Source: Macrostomum lignano
Taxonomy: Eukaryota
Assembly (NCBI GenBank): GCA_002269645.1
Contig: NIVC01000460.1
Coordinates: 496,001-560,000, forward strand
Reading direction: 5' to 3'
DNA: 64,000 nt
Under the pieces are notes generated by a model. That model was not told the DNA's origin. It ran no database searches and saw only the letters and a program-made list of their open reading frames with translations. Positions 1 to 13,550 of this stretch are shown here, in pieces; position 1 is the stretch's first letter; each line of letters begins with the position of its first letter. A program made the translations under genes and the position numbers.

Positions 1-425
1 AGGGCGACTTGGTGATGCTGAGCTGCAAGGTGGTGAAACCTGGCAGATCAAAAAGCCTCAGTAACCGCTGGACCAGGCCGTACATCATCCTGAAGAGGCT
101 CGGCGAGGTCAACTACCGAGTGCGGCCGGCCTCGGGTCCCGGCGTGCGGATGCGACGCAGGCAGGTGGTGCACCACGACCGGCTCAAACCATTTGTGGAA
201 CGGCGCAACTCCTTACGGCCCGGCGACGACCTGCAGGCTACCGCAGACGAGACTGCTGACGGACTGGTGGACCCTCAGCTCCAGGCGCCTGATGCCTGGG
301 TGCAGCTGTTCGACGGTAACGGCGGACCGGATGAGACAGTGACCGAGACCAATCAGCAAGAGGCTCAGCTGCCGAGACGGTCGGCCAGAGAGCGAAGACC
401 TCCTGATTTTTATCGCCCAATGTGA
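1..425 (+). mobile_element. Ty3/Gypsy LTR retrotransposon, C-terminal end of pol (integrase SH3-like tail); runs off the window start
   Basis: Frame reads GDLVML...RWTRPYIILKRLGEVNYRV...VVHHDRLKPF, the typical post-catalytic Gypsy integrase motif (W.GPY.V......Y.I...VH...LK). Stop at 425, then a polypurine tract. Confidence 0.85.
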
Positions 426-481
426 ATGCTTGATTTTCTGTGAACTTTTGCCATAGACATTGTGTTGCGTCTTTTAAACCC

Positions 482-957
482 GGGGGAAGTGGTGTGAGCA
501 TTTTATGCACCTAAATATTCTAATGTTGTTCGTAGTCCTATTTGTACGTGCTTGCGTATGGGGGGTAGTTGTTTGCAACGTGCGGCTGCGCCCGTGTTTG
601 TGCAACACCCAAACCCCACCTCAATCTTCGGCTTATAAAATATATCGATTGTCAGGCCTGAGCGCCAAGTCGGTTTTTCTCGCAATCTCAAACCTCGCTC
701 TTTTTACAAGATACATGTACTGTGGTGTGTAAGGTGTGTAAGCAGTTTCAGTCGAATTAGGCGCCGCGCTTGAGCCCAAATAATAATTAAAGCTCTGAGA
801 CTGACGAAATTCTCCCTTTTGCAGCCTTGAGGTTTTCATTGGTAAGTCGATCTTCGAATTTTTCTCCAGCTATTCTGGCTGGCCGTGCCGATCGAGTATT
901 TTTAAACAGTACGTCATGTAGCCATGGAATTCACGGACTATATACGAGCTACTTACA
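482..957 (+). mobile_element. Polypurine tract (482-492) and putative 3' LTR (493 to about 957)
   Basis: GGGGGAAGTGG is directly followed by TGTGAG at 493. TATAAAA at 634-640, ATTAAA at 786-791. Candidate end CTTACA at 952-957 is an imperfect inverted match to TGTGAG. The right boundary is uncertain. Confidence 0.6.
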
Positions 958-2844
958 TGTAGTAGCTAGACCAGACGAAGGTGGTAAATAATACGAACCC
1001 ATGGTTAAACTATGGTTTGCTAGACTTTTAGCTATGTCTTAGGAATAGTCCTCAGCTCAATAACTCAAGATCTTTAGTCCTGCATGCATGAACCCAACGG
1101 TCCCCACCGTCCCTTTTGACCAGCCCCATATGAAGCCATGCAGCATTTTGGGATCAATTTTATGACATTAACTGCATGGTTAGCGATCGGAGTCAGTTTG
1201 ATACAAAGTTTTGGAGGGTTTTTGTCTATATTGGGCGTGCTCCAGAAGATACTTGTTTAATTTCGTGTCAATTTGTCGCATGTTAAATGAAGCAGAGCCG
1301 GATTTAATTGCACTTGCATTTAATTGCCATATTGTATTCCAAATTACATGTAGATGTATAAAAGTGGGATCTGACAGCGAAACAACGGATCTAAATCGAC
1401 CCACTTCAAATTTTATTCAAAGGTTTTTTCTAGGTAGATAAGTAGGTAAGTATGTGTGTGATCGATTTTTTTAGAAAATCGATATTCATGAAACTTTTTA
1501 GACTACAAAATATAATTTGACATTCTATAACCGCGCACGCTCGCATGAAATCAAACCCTAGATATCATACTTTAGCGGTGTGAAAGACGTGTTAATGCCT
1601 GAGCTAACTTTTTGGCTACACACGTAACAGTACTAACAGTAGTATTTGTTACCTGCCTAACATTTTTATCGGTCCTGTCCGTTATTTTTAGGCCCAGTAA
1701 AACAAAAACTATGCATAAGATGCTTGCTTGTAAAAAACAAAACAGAAAATATAGCTAAAAGCCTTTTTAATTACCTTTAAAATTGATTTACTTAAATTAT
1801 GTAAATCAATAAACTATATTTTCTGTTTTCATAAGTGTTTCAAGCAAATTTCGAAGCTTACTATTCAAAGAATTATCCAAGATATATAATATATCCAAGC
1901 TTTCGACATATTGATTGGATTCTATAATATATATTCTAGATTGATATATTATATATAATCTGCTCATATTTTCTATAGCTAATCTTAATTTACTCCTAAA
2001 TCCTTACATTATTGATCATTAATGTGCATAAATTCATTATAGGCCTAGGCCTATACTCACATAAAACTCATTATCAATGTTCGCTACATTTTTTGTATTG
2101 AAGATAATTATTATTTTGATAACTCTTAAAAATATTTTATGCCTTGTAGTTACAATAGAAAATAGAATACTAAAAACAAAATTGGTTAGCGTTTGTTTTT
2201 ATATACTATTGCTTTTTTCATAGCTTCAGTGAGATCACAGCAAAGTTAAATTATTAAGCAAATAATTTAAAATTCAATATCAATGCAACTTGCTTATTTT
2301 TTATGCATTTTGCTTATTAAAAGCCATTGTAAAGATATATTATAATATATTTTGCATATGCATTGGAATATATAAGAGATAAAAGTCACTATATAATAAG
2401 ATCCAAATTGAGTATAAATATAATAATAGATATAAGTTAAAAGTTTTTAGCATAGCAAAAGGCATAGCATAAGTAATGACCATCCACACTCTAGATCATG
2501 TAGTATATGCCTGAAAATTTGGGCATGCATTGGCCTTGCACACCAAAATTAGGCATGCACAGTCAGCGTGCATCACTCCTGAGAAAATAGTATGCGTGTT
2601 ATAGAATAGCACTTTATAGAATCACGCGTAAGAGTTATTGTAAAGTAGAAAAAAGATGAAAAAAAGTTCATTTTTAAGCACAAATTTCAAGCTTTCCAGT
2701 TTTTTAAAGCTTATATACAACATTTAAACAAATCTTTACATATATCAATTTTCTGCTATAAATAGTATTGCCAAAAAAGCATGCATAAAAAGCAACCAAA
2801 TTATCTGGTAATAAGGGTCAATTACAAAATTTAAAAAAGGTCTT

Positions 2845-3472
2845 AGCAATAGTGCAGTTTCGTTCCCAAAATTATTTTTTGTTTAAATTTGAAAGTTCGA
2901 AACCAGAAAACAATAACAACAATGTTTCAAACCATTCTAGCAACTGTGCCAAAGCTCACTGGTCACGGAACTTTAAAGCAAATGGGTGCTCTGTTAATAT
3001 ACTTTTTTTCATTAAATCTGTGCCACACTCAAATGCTACTTGAAATGTAAGTTGTCTATAGAAAAAATAGTTTAAAAAATCAAAAGGGGCTCAAGTGGGG
3101 GGGGCTTGAACTGTTTCCCTTTAGCTAAGAAGCTACTAATATCTGCTTTTTCTTTTGGACAACATATTGTATCATGGCTGGATGACCACCAAGACCCTCG
3201 TGGATAATTCTACCAAATGAAGTGCTGCCAGCAAATGCTCTACCCCAACTAGAGCTAAATGCGCGCGACCTGATGGCTGCCATGGCAACGCCGGAGGATA
3301 CAATGCGCTGGATTGCCAAAGTTGGGCTTATCAGCAACCAGGGAGGTAAAAACTATGCCACAATTGTTAGAATGGTTTAAAACATCAATTTTTATCCTTG
3401 TTATTGTTTTCTGGTTTTGAACTTTCAAATTTAAACAAAAAATAATTTTGCAAATGAAATTGCACTATTGCC
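2845..3472 (+). mobile_element. Non-autonomous DNA transposon with about 110-bp TIRs (Merlin- or Mutator-like)
   Basis: 2845-2950 and 3356-3472 are inverted copies of each other. Flanks AAAAGGTCTT (2835-2844) and AAAAGGTCAT (3473-3482) form a near-perfect direct repeat. Confidence 0.75.
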
Positions 3473-5439
3473 AAAAGGTCATTTATTGTTGCAACACTGG
3501 CATATTTTTGAGAATGGGCTGCACTACATTTTTTTGGTGTGCATTTGTAATTATTCAATTTTTGTTTGGGCGTGCACCCAGCATGATCTGGACTATGGAT
3601 GACCATGGATTACTAAGAATACCTTTATAGCATCTGGCCTATACCAGTATAATTGAATGGATATTAAACTTAGTTTTTAGTTTATATTATCTATTGGCTT
3701 AACTATCATAAGTATAAAGCTAGTTTTGCAATGATTAATGATTCTAAATATTAGCCATAATACAGAAGGTGGCCTTTATGCCAGAATTTTCTGGCATATT
3801 TTTGCTCTTACTGACTATCAACTAAATACTGCTCCAATCTTATGGCTCCAACTAAATTATCATTAAAAATTAAGCCGTCGTCCAATATACTCACCTTGCT
3901 TAGGTCTTTACCCTCTAAAAATCAGTCTATCCCCCTTAATAAATTTCTAGTTGCACTATTGATCCATAGAAAAAATTTATATAAAAGCCTATAGCTCAAG
4001 ATTCAAAGATGACCAACATATTAAAACCTTATAACTGTAACATCATTTTGTATCAAACTCAGTATATGTGTATCAAGCAATTTGCCTTTGAAATAGTTGT
4101 CTTATTATATTCTCATGGCTATAGCCTGCAGTTGTGAAATAGGTAGTAATATTAAAGTTTTTAATTAATAAAGCTAATTGGTTAGGTCTATGAAGTTTGC
4201 TAACAGGAAATAATTTTGTTAGTCTAATCTGCTAATAGGAAGTTTGCTGGTAGAATTTTTTTTCCAATAATTTTACTTGTAGGCTTGTATATATACAGGT
4301 GTATTCTGTAAAAGAAATTCAGAAAACAATTTCTTATAATTGATTTTGATATTTGCTAATAGGGTTTCTTTAATTATGCCAAAGGTACATTTTAGTATAT
4401 CATTGCATGCATTTTGGTGTACTGTATTTATAGATATGGTTGATTTTCTATCAACAACTATATAGCAAATTCCTACTAGCAAATCTTGTATTCTTAATTG
4501 GCTAACTAGCTTATTTATATTAGAAATTGATTATATAAGATACTAGGCATAATAATTATCTAGTTTCAATAATTAGTGGTAACAAAACTAGCTTGTACTA
4601 GCAATCTAGTGCAGCCCCCCTTCAGGGCACCCAATAAGAAAGGAGCAAAAATAGTTCATGGAAAACAATAAAACTACTATTATTATTATAGCAGCATTAC
4701 TTTTTTAATCAACTATAAAAAACATTTTACTTTAGTAAGTAATTATTATAAATCTTATTATTAAAATACTGCCTTAGAAAATGTATCATCCAGGATCCAT
4801 ATATATGGTTATCTTTTATTTTTTAACACTTAAGATTATATTTGCACTAATGCCCTAATTAATGATATTTCATAGAACAGATTTTTAGTATATGGAAAAT
4901 TGAATGCTAAAATAATGTTGCAGAAATATCCTGCTTATTGCTCAAGTCTAATTTTAATTAGTGTGCAATTGTTAGCATGGTTGCTATAGAAACTTAGACA
5001 GTGTCATAATTATCTGACTCAATTCTATTCAAGTTTAGTCACTGTCCCAGTTCCAGCAATCATGGCCACATACAGACCTTTCATGACCTTTTGTTGAGCT
5101 GCTATACAATTTGAAATGCAATTTCCTCCTGTTGCATTGTTCACCTCGTGATGAAGTGCTGTGGTGTTGAGGATAAGAAACATAGGGCCAGGGACTGATC
5201 TACTACTGCCATCTGATAGTATGAATGAACTTGGCTTCATTATATCAGGATTAGTAATGGGATTTGAATGGGCTGTGCTATGCACCCCTCAAGCTGTTTT
5301 GGTGTATAATTGATGGCTCAGCTTCTTAATTTGGCTTTAAATTATCAGTTTACCAATCGCGCGTCTGTTTGTGCTTGTGTCTGTCCACCCAAGCCTGTCT
5401 TTATCTTTGTCTGTCTTCGTCCCTGCTTCTTTGTCCGTC

Positions 5440-6132
<693 letters not shown>

Positions 6133-6850
6133 GTGTGCATGTTATTCTCACCATCCGCTTGTCTTTTCCTCGCCATTTCCTCGCTTGTTCTATTCTGGCT
6201 TCAAGTTACTCCTCTTTTACCTTGGCAACATCCTGATGCATTCCTATTAGTCTTTTTGTACTTTAACTCATCTTCAGGCTTCGCCATCGGGGCTCTATTT
6301 CTGCTTCCCAAATCCTCAAATTCCCTGTCTTCATATTTAATGATGCTTTCGGTTAAGCGCACGTTTTTGTTTAGTGGAGAGGAGCGGCTCTCTGCTGGTC
6401 TGTGCGCTCCGTCTGCCTACCGCTCTCTCACCCTCTACGTCTCGCCCAGTCTTCCCCTATTTTTCCTGCTAAGCCGGCCACTTCTGCGCGGGCCTCGCTG
6501 CTCTCTGCTCTGAGCTGGTTGGTCTGGTTTTCTGTTTATCGTGCGCCCCCGCTGGCCTGTTTGCTCAGCTTGGTTGAGCACCCTATATGAGAAACTCACT
6601 GATTCGGCGCTTGTTCTCTCTATAGCGTCCCCAGCAACCCAGCCTGTGTATGCATAAAAAGCCTATTTTTAAAGCCCCTCTGATAAACGTAATATCTAAT
6701 CTAATTTATTTGCAGACAGTCAGTGAAAAGTCCACCTTGAATTGAAATTCGAACCCTTAACGCGACGCGCCTCAGGAGAAATCGATTTTACAGTGCTTGG
6801 CCTCGGACTGAATGTCCATCCATGACTGCCAAACCCTGCTGGCTATTAAG

Positions 6851-6856
6851 ATGCGG
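6851..6856 (+). CDS. Kelch-repeat protein, coding exon 1 (Met-Arg); model join(6851..6856,7201..8405,10553..11225), 627 aa
   Basis: ATGCGG|GTGAGT donor, phase 0, matching the phase-0 acceptor TTTCAG|GGC at 7200. An upstream acceptor TTTGCAG ends at 6715. Confidence 0.6.
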
Positions 6857-6946
6857 GTGAGTGCTCTCCGTCCATCTATCTGTCTCTGTCTGTCTATCTA
6901 ATCTAATTTTACACAGTGAAATCTCATTCTGTTCTTAAGAAATCCT

Positions 6947-7186
6947 ACAGAATCTCACTATATCCTCACGGAATCTCACTATATTCTCACAGAATCTCAC
7001 AATATTCTCACAGAATCTCACTATATTCTAACAGAATCTCACTATATTCTCACAGAATCTCACAATATTCTCACAGAATCTCACAATATTCTCACAGAAT
7101 CTCACTATATTCTTACAGAATCTCACAATATTCTCACAGAATCTCACTATATTCTAACAGAATCTCCCTATACTCAGTGAAATCTC
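6947..7186. repeat. 21-bp intronic minisatellite (CACAGAATCTCACTATATTCT)
   Basis: About 11 units; it produces the false HRISLYS N-terminus of ORF 6916..8418. Confidence 0.95.
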
Positions 7187-7200
7187 ACACTCGCTTTCAG

Positions 7201-8405
7201 GGCACAGTCCGCTGGTCCCCGCTGCAGTCGTCCACCATGCCGCAGCCGCAGCAGCGGCCGCCAAAGCAGCAGCAGTCCCTCCCGATCTCGGAGCAGCACC
7301 AGCGGCCTTCAGGCCGTTGGAAACAGGCCTGCGTCCTTCACAACGGCTGGCTGTACGTGCACGGCGGCCGGTGCGGCCGGCAGCCGCTGAAGGATCTGTG
7401 GCGCTGGCGAGAGTCGGCCGGCTGGCGCCGGGTATACCTCAGCGGAGCGACGCCGCCGCCGTTGGAGGGCCACACGATGGTGGCCAGCCGCGGCCACCTG
7501 TACATCTTCGGCGGCACCTACGGCGGCTACCCGGACTGCCCGCTGTGGATCGTCAGCCCCCAGTTCGGTCTGAGCAGGCAGTGGGAGGCCAGCAGCCGCG
7601 ACCTGGTGCAGATCGGCAGCCGGCGCTGCCACTCCGCCGTGCTGCACCGCGGCGCCATGTGCATCTTCGGCGGCATCGCCGACACCAGAGGCTCCTGCAG
7701 CGAGCTGTGGCTGCTGGACCTGGCCACCGAGAGCTGGCACCTGGCCTGGTCACCGGTCACCCACCGGGGTCCCGGCCCGGCCGCCAGGTATGGTCACTCC
7801 GCCTGCGCCTACGATGGCGGGATGTACATCTACGGCGGCCTGACGGGCCTGAGCCACTGCCCGGCCGAGCTGTGGCGCTGGTCGTTCCGCATCGGCCAGT
7901 GGAGCCGCCTGCGCTGCGCCTCAGCTGGCCGCGCCACCTCGCCGCCTCCGCTGGCGTTCCACGCGGCTACCGTCGTGCCCGGAGGCCGGATGCTCGTGTT
8001 CGGCGGCGAGCAGCGCGATGGCGCTTCCCCGGCCTCGCTGTGGTGCTACCACTTCGCCGGCGAGGCCTGGTCGGCAGTGCCCAGCCAAGGACCGCTGAGG
8101 CCATCTGGCACGGTGCACCACTCGCTGCTGACTGCCGACTGCGGCCCTGACGGACCGCTGGCAGATGATGAGCAGGACTTGGCAGAGCGGCGCTGGCGGC
8201 GCAGGCGGCGTTGGCAGCGTCGGAGGCGACAGCATCGCCGGTTGCAGCTGCGTCAGCTGGGAGAGTCGGGCAGCACCACCACCACGGAGTTGGTGCTGTC
8301 GGCGTCTCCGGCCGGGCGGCAGGCGGAGGCGGTGACAGCGCCCGAAGGACCGCAGCAACAGCAGCAGCAGCAGCAGCCTTTGTCCAGGGCCACTACCGCT
8401 ATGAG
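7201..8405 (+). CDS. Kelch-repeat beta-propeller protein (KLHDC-like), exon 2
   Basis: Five clear Kelch blades (LYVHGG, LYIFGG, MCIFGG, MYIYGG, MLVFGG, with preceding H/R and downstream LW motifs) plus a degenerate sixth. Donor ATGAG|GTGCG, phase 2. Confidence 0.9.
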
Positions 8406-8496
8406 GTGCGATTTTTAAGCTCTCATTTCAATCGTTTGTTTGGGTTGCAGCTCATCCGGTGTCTTACCCGATATCTTAACTGAATTTCAACTGACG

Positions 8497-8797
8497 CTCA
8501 CCTGAGTCTCATCCAACTCTCGCACAATTCTCACCTGAGTCTCACCTGAGTCTCGCATCATTTTCACCTGAGTCTCACCTGAGTCTCGCATAATTCTCAC
8601 CTGAGTCTCACCTGAGTCCCGCATCATTTTCACCTGAGTCCCGCATCATTTTCACCTGAGTCTCACCTGAGTCTCGCATATTTCTCACCCGAGTCTCGCA
8701 TAATTCTCACCTGAATCTCGCATATTTCTCACCTGAGTCTCGCATAATTCTCACCTGAGTCTCGCATAATTCTCACCTGAGTCTCGCATAATTCTCA
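8497..8797. repeat. 11/22-bp intronic minisatellite (CTCACCTGAGT / CTCGCATAATT)
   Basis: Read directly from the sequence. Confidence 0.9.
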
Positions 8798-9949
8798 TTG
8801 AACTCTAACCACATACCTAGTCCCTATCGCATTCTCGTCTTACCAGTGCTTGCCCCATTCCCAATGCTTGTCACCCCTATGCCCCAGCCGTCTCGCTTTG
8901 TTTGCCCCAAGTCAGCCAGAGAGGAAACTCTGTTTGAGCAGGCCAGAAATGGCCGTGCCTCGATTATTTTCTTGCCAAATGTCCCAGACTCAAATCCAGT
9001 TCCTCATCCTCCTCGTATGGGCGGAGAGGAGATGCAAGAAGGGTAAAAGATTAACGGGGAATAGGAAGCGATAAGACGGGACGGGAATTATTCGAAGGCA
9101 TTCGAGTGTGCAACTCATGGACTACTAGTTGGAAACATCTGGATTGGAAAGCCTAAAACTAGTATGATGTTTAGGACAATAAAAATAGATTTAAATTAAA
9201 AAACATTGAGAGACAAAGTGATTTATTTTCGATAGTCAGTTTGTTTCCAATCAAGATGCTTATATTTATAGATTTTTTGAGTCAAAAGTCACTGATTCAC
9301 TCTAGTTAGCTTGACGTCATGGACTCCTTAGATTAAAAATATGGCCAATAAATATTACTCTGTACAACAACTGAAGTAAATTCAGCTTTTATTAGTTTAA
9401 TTGTCTTTCATAAGCCTTATATGATGCAGTCCAGATTCTCTCATTCATTTAGAAATCCACGGAGCATGGGAGGATGGTTTAGGATTTTTGGAGTAGAAAA
9501 GTATAAATAAGGGAAGGGAATTATGGGCCCCCGCTCGTTCGCAGCAGTGTAGAGCTAATCCGCTATGGGTTGCCATGGAAACGGGTGCAAATATAGCCCA
9601 GTCTAGGGCAGTAGAGGGCGTGCACAGGCAGTCTCTCTCTCTCTCTCTTTGTTTTCCCTCGGAGCAATCTGACTTCTTCTCTTCCTTCTTCTTCTCTGAT
9701 TCTGAATGTCATCGGGGAGATTTTGCACTGCGCTCTGTGTAGGCCAATATTGATAATTAGATTGGTTATATATTTGCTAGCATGCAGATGCATGACTGAC
9801 TGCCTGTCACAGCTGGAAGTTGCTCCCATAGGGATGTGATTAACTTGATGGTTCCATTTGCTGTGCCAGCAGCGTGCTTTCAACCACGTATTAGCATTGT
9901 CTTGGAATTTTGCACACCATCGCTTGCTGGGGTATTTATTAAAAGAAAA

Positions 9950-10497
9950 TGGATTGCTAACCTATCCAACATAAATTATATAGAATGGATTGCTAATCTA
10001 TCCAACATGAATTATATAGAATGGATTGCTAATCTATCCAACATGAACTGAATAGAATGGATTGCTAATCTATCCAACATGAACTGAATAGAATGGATTG
10101 CTAATCTATCCAACATGAACTGAATAGAATGGATTGCTAATCTATCCAATATGAATTAAATAGAATAATTTGCTAATCTATCCAATATGAATTAAATAGA
10201 ATGGATTGCTAATATATCCAACATGAACTGAATAGAATGGATTGCTAACCTATCCAACATGAATTAATGGAAAGGATTGCTAATCTATCCAACATAAACT
10301 GAATAGAATGGATTGCTAATCTATCCAAAATGAACTTTATAAGATGGATTGCTAATCTATCCAACATAAACTTTATAAGATGGATTTCTAATCTATCCAG
10401 CATGAATTTAATGGAAAGGGTTGCTAATCTATCCAATATGAACATTTTTTTGATGGATTGCTAATCTATCCAACATAAATTAATGTTGCTAATCTAC
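9950..10497. repeat. 36-bp intronic minisatellite (AATAGAATGGATTGCTAATCTATCCAACATGAACTG)
   Basis: About 15 units. Confidence 0.95.
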
Positions 10498-10552
10498 CTA
10501 AAACACAAAAATGCCTTAAAGTACATTCTGTCCTAATCCCAAACATCGCCAG

Positions 10553-11225
10553 CTATCGCAGCGCGGCCAGCGCCAAGGACTCTGGCTATTCCAGCTGCCT
10601 GCTCGACACCCTCGACGACGAAGAAGGCGACGCCGCGGCCGTTTTAGTCGACGGTGACGAGGAGTGTCGCGGCTGCAGCAGCGGCGAAGCCGTCGAGTTG
10701 CCACCGCCGTCGCCGCCGCTGACCCTGGAGGACCTCGAAAGCGTGCCGGACTTGTTCAGCCTGTCCTCGGCCGCCCTGCTCGCCCAGCGACAGTCCGCAT
10801 CGTCAACTCCTTCAACACCCGAGGCGTCGCGAGCTGCTTCAATGTCTCCGAATCGGTCGTTTCGTCCAGTCGCCGGCGGCGGCGGCGTGGGTGACTGGGC
10901 CTTCACCAACCAGTCCATGTCGATATCGTCGTTCGGCTCTGCCGGCGCCCTGACCTCTGGCAGCCGGAGAAATTGCGACAATGTCGATTTCGATGACGCA
11001 ATTGACGATGATGAGGACAGCGAGGACTTGGACGCGTCGGAGAGCGACGGCGCGGCCTGGTCGGACGACAGCTCGTCGGTCGCTTCTTCGTCGATGATGT
11101 CACACGAGCTCCGGTCTAGAATGTCGGACTCAACAACCGTGTACAGCCTGGGTGCGCCTGAGAACGGCATCGCCAGCCACTGCCTGCTGGTGTGGCGCGG
11201 CTGCGTCACCTACTCGGCTCAGTAG
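10553..11225 (+). CDS. Kelch-repeat protein, last exon (acidic, Ser-rich tail)
   Basis: Acceptor CGCCAG|C completes the phase-2 codon AG+C (Ser). Open to TAG at 11223-11225, GC-rich coding-like composition, total CDS 1884 nt divisible by 3. Confidence 0.8.
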
Positions 11226-11287
11226 TAGTATGAGTAGAGTGATTCGCTATTTTTTGTGTAATGTACGGAGAAATTCTTATAAATCAG

Positions 11288-11293
11288 AATAAA
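11288..11293 (+). promoter_or_regulatory. Polyadenylation signal AATAAA of the Kelch gene
   Basis: Canonical hexamer about 60 nt after the stop codon. Confidence 0.55.
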
Positions 11294-11370
11294 AGAAGCG
11301 CTGGTCTAGTCAACCTTATGCACAAACATATATGCCATGAATTTCTGATCTACCGGGCATCAGGAAGAAA

Positions 11371-13207
11371 GGAATAGAATGGATTGCTAATCTAGCCAGC
11401 ATCACTGATGAAGGAATAGAATAAATTGCTAATCTAGCCAACATCACTGATGAAGGAATAGAATGGATTGCTAATCTAGCCAGCATCACTGATGAAGGAA
11501 TAGAATAAATTGCTAATCTAGCCAGCATCACTGATGAAGGAATAGAATGGATTGCTAATCTAGCCAGCATCACTGATGAAGGAATAGAATGGATTGCTAA
11601 TCTAGCCAACATCACTGATGAAGGAATAGAATGGATTGCTAATCTAGCCAGCATCACTGATGAAGGAATAGAATGGATTGCTAATCTAGCCAACATCACT
11701 GATGAAGAAATAGAATGCATTGCTAATCTAGCCAACATCACTGATGAAGGAATAGAATGGATTGCTAATCTAGCCAGCATCACTGATGAAGGAATAGAAT
11801 GGATTGCTAATCTAGCCAGCATCACTGATGAAGGAATAGAATGGATTGCTAATCTAGCCAGCATCACTGATGAAGGAATAGAATGGATTGCTAATCTAGC
11901 CAGCATCACTGATGAAGGAATAGAATGGATTGCTAATCTAGCCAACATCACTGATGAAGGAATAGAATGGATTGCTAATCTAGCCAGCATCACTGATGAA
12001 TGAATAGAATGCATTGCTAATCTAGCCAACATCACTGATGAAGAAATAGAATGCATTGCTAATCTAGCCAACATCACTGATGAAGGAATAGAATGGATTG
12101 CTAATCTAGCCAGCATCACTGATGAAGGAATAGAATGGATTGCTAATCTAGCCAAAATCACTGATGAAGGAATAGAATGGATTGCTAATCTAGCCAGCAT
12201 CACTGATGAAGGAATAGAATGGATTGCTAATCTAGCCAGCATCACTGATGAAGGAATAGAAAGGATTGCTAATCTAGCCAACATCACACTGATGAAGGAA
12301 TAGAATGGATTGCTAATCTGGCCAACATCACACTGATGAAGGAATAGAATGGATTGCTAATCTAGCCAACATCACTGATGAAGGAATAGAATGGATTGCT
12401 AATCTAGCCAACATCACCGATGAAGGAATAGAATGGATTGCTAATCTGGCCAACATCACACTGATGAAGGAATAGAATGGATTGCTAATCTAGCCAACAT
12501 CACTGATGAAGGAATAGAATGGATTGCTAATCTAGCCAACATCACCGATGAAGGAATAGAATGGATTGCTAATCTAGCCAACATCACCGATGAAGGAATA
12601 GAATGGATTGCTAATCTAGCCAACATCACTGATGAAGGAATAGAATGGATTGCTAATCTAGCCAACATCACTGATGAAGGAATAGAATGGATTGCTAATC
12701 TAGCCAACATCACTGATGAAGGAATAGAATGGATTGCTAATCTAGCCAACATCACTGATGAAGGAATAGAATGGATTGCTAATCTAGCCAACATCACTGA
12801 TGAAGGAATAGAATGGATTGCTAATCTAGCCAACATCACACTGATGAAGGAATAGAATGGATTGCTAATCTAGCCAACATCACTGATGAAGGAATAGAAT
12901 GGATTGCTAATCTAGCCAACATCACCGATGAAGGAATAGAATGGATTGCTAATCTAGCCAACATCACCGATGAAGGAATAGAATGGATTGCTAATCTAGC
13001 CAACATCACTGATGAAGGAATAGAATGGATTGCTAATCTAGCCAGCATCACTGATGAAGGAATAGAATGGAATGCTAATCTAGCCAACATCACTGATGAA
13101 GGAATAGAATGGATTGCTAATCTGGCCAGCATCACTGATGAAGGAATAGAATTGATTGCTAATCTAGCCAACATCACTGATGAAGGAATAGAATGGATTG
13201 CTAATCT
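11371..13207. repeat. 42-bp minisatellite (ATCACTGATGAAGGAATAGAATGGATTGCTAATCTAGCCAAC)
   Basis: About 44 near-identical units. Confidence 0.98.
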
Positions 13208-13550
13208 CGAAATTTCGATTTGCGGTCAGTACAGACCAGCTTCCAAATAGTAGTAGCTGCTTATATTACTTAAAGCAGAACCGGTGGAACATTGCCGGAC
13301 AAAAATGCACCAACAGTGAATTCCATATTCTACGAATTGAAATGGTTTCTGTCACTTGCATGAGCTTTACAAATCCGTGATCGAATCATTCGATTGTAAG
13401 TAACCCTGCTTATTTTGTTTTAACAAAGTGTTATTTTGCGTGGTTGCTCGCAACCCCTGGTGGGGTTCCAAACTGGTTTAAGACTGTTTTACACTCCTTA
13501 GCCTCTCTCTTAGATGAACTTGGTTGTCTCTGCGCCAGTTTTTGCTTTTG

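Noticed and set aside
5140-5290. RIRNIGPGTDLLLPSD on the + strand, faintly like the Merlin I.PGT.I.SD motif
   Set aside because: Spacing is wrong, no other catalytic motifs are nearby, and it lies outside the TIR-bounded element.
6916-7200. N-terminal extension of ORF 6916..8418 (HRISLYS repeats)
   Set aside because: It is an intronic 21-bp array; a phase-matched donor and acceptor at 6856/7201 remove it.
7309-8483. Alternative-frame and antisense ORFs over GC-rich exons (also 10516-11209, 18565-19325, 43426-43988, 60948-62879)
   Set aside because: These are shadows of real coding exons or of coding repeats, with no independent motifs.
11316-13177. Long repetitive ORFs (SSVMLARLAIHSIP; also SLPYQ at 21-22 kb, PEAITEPLLG at 24.5 kb, GVPGGGAHLT at 31.7 kb, KSQKGLG at 37.5 kb)
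   Set aside because: Periods divisible by 3 give open frames by chance; indels break frame freely and there is no splice support.
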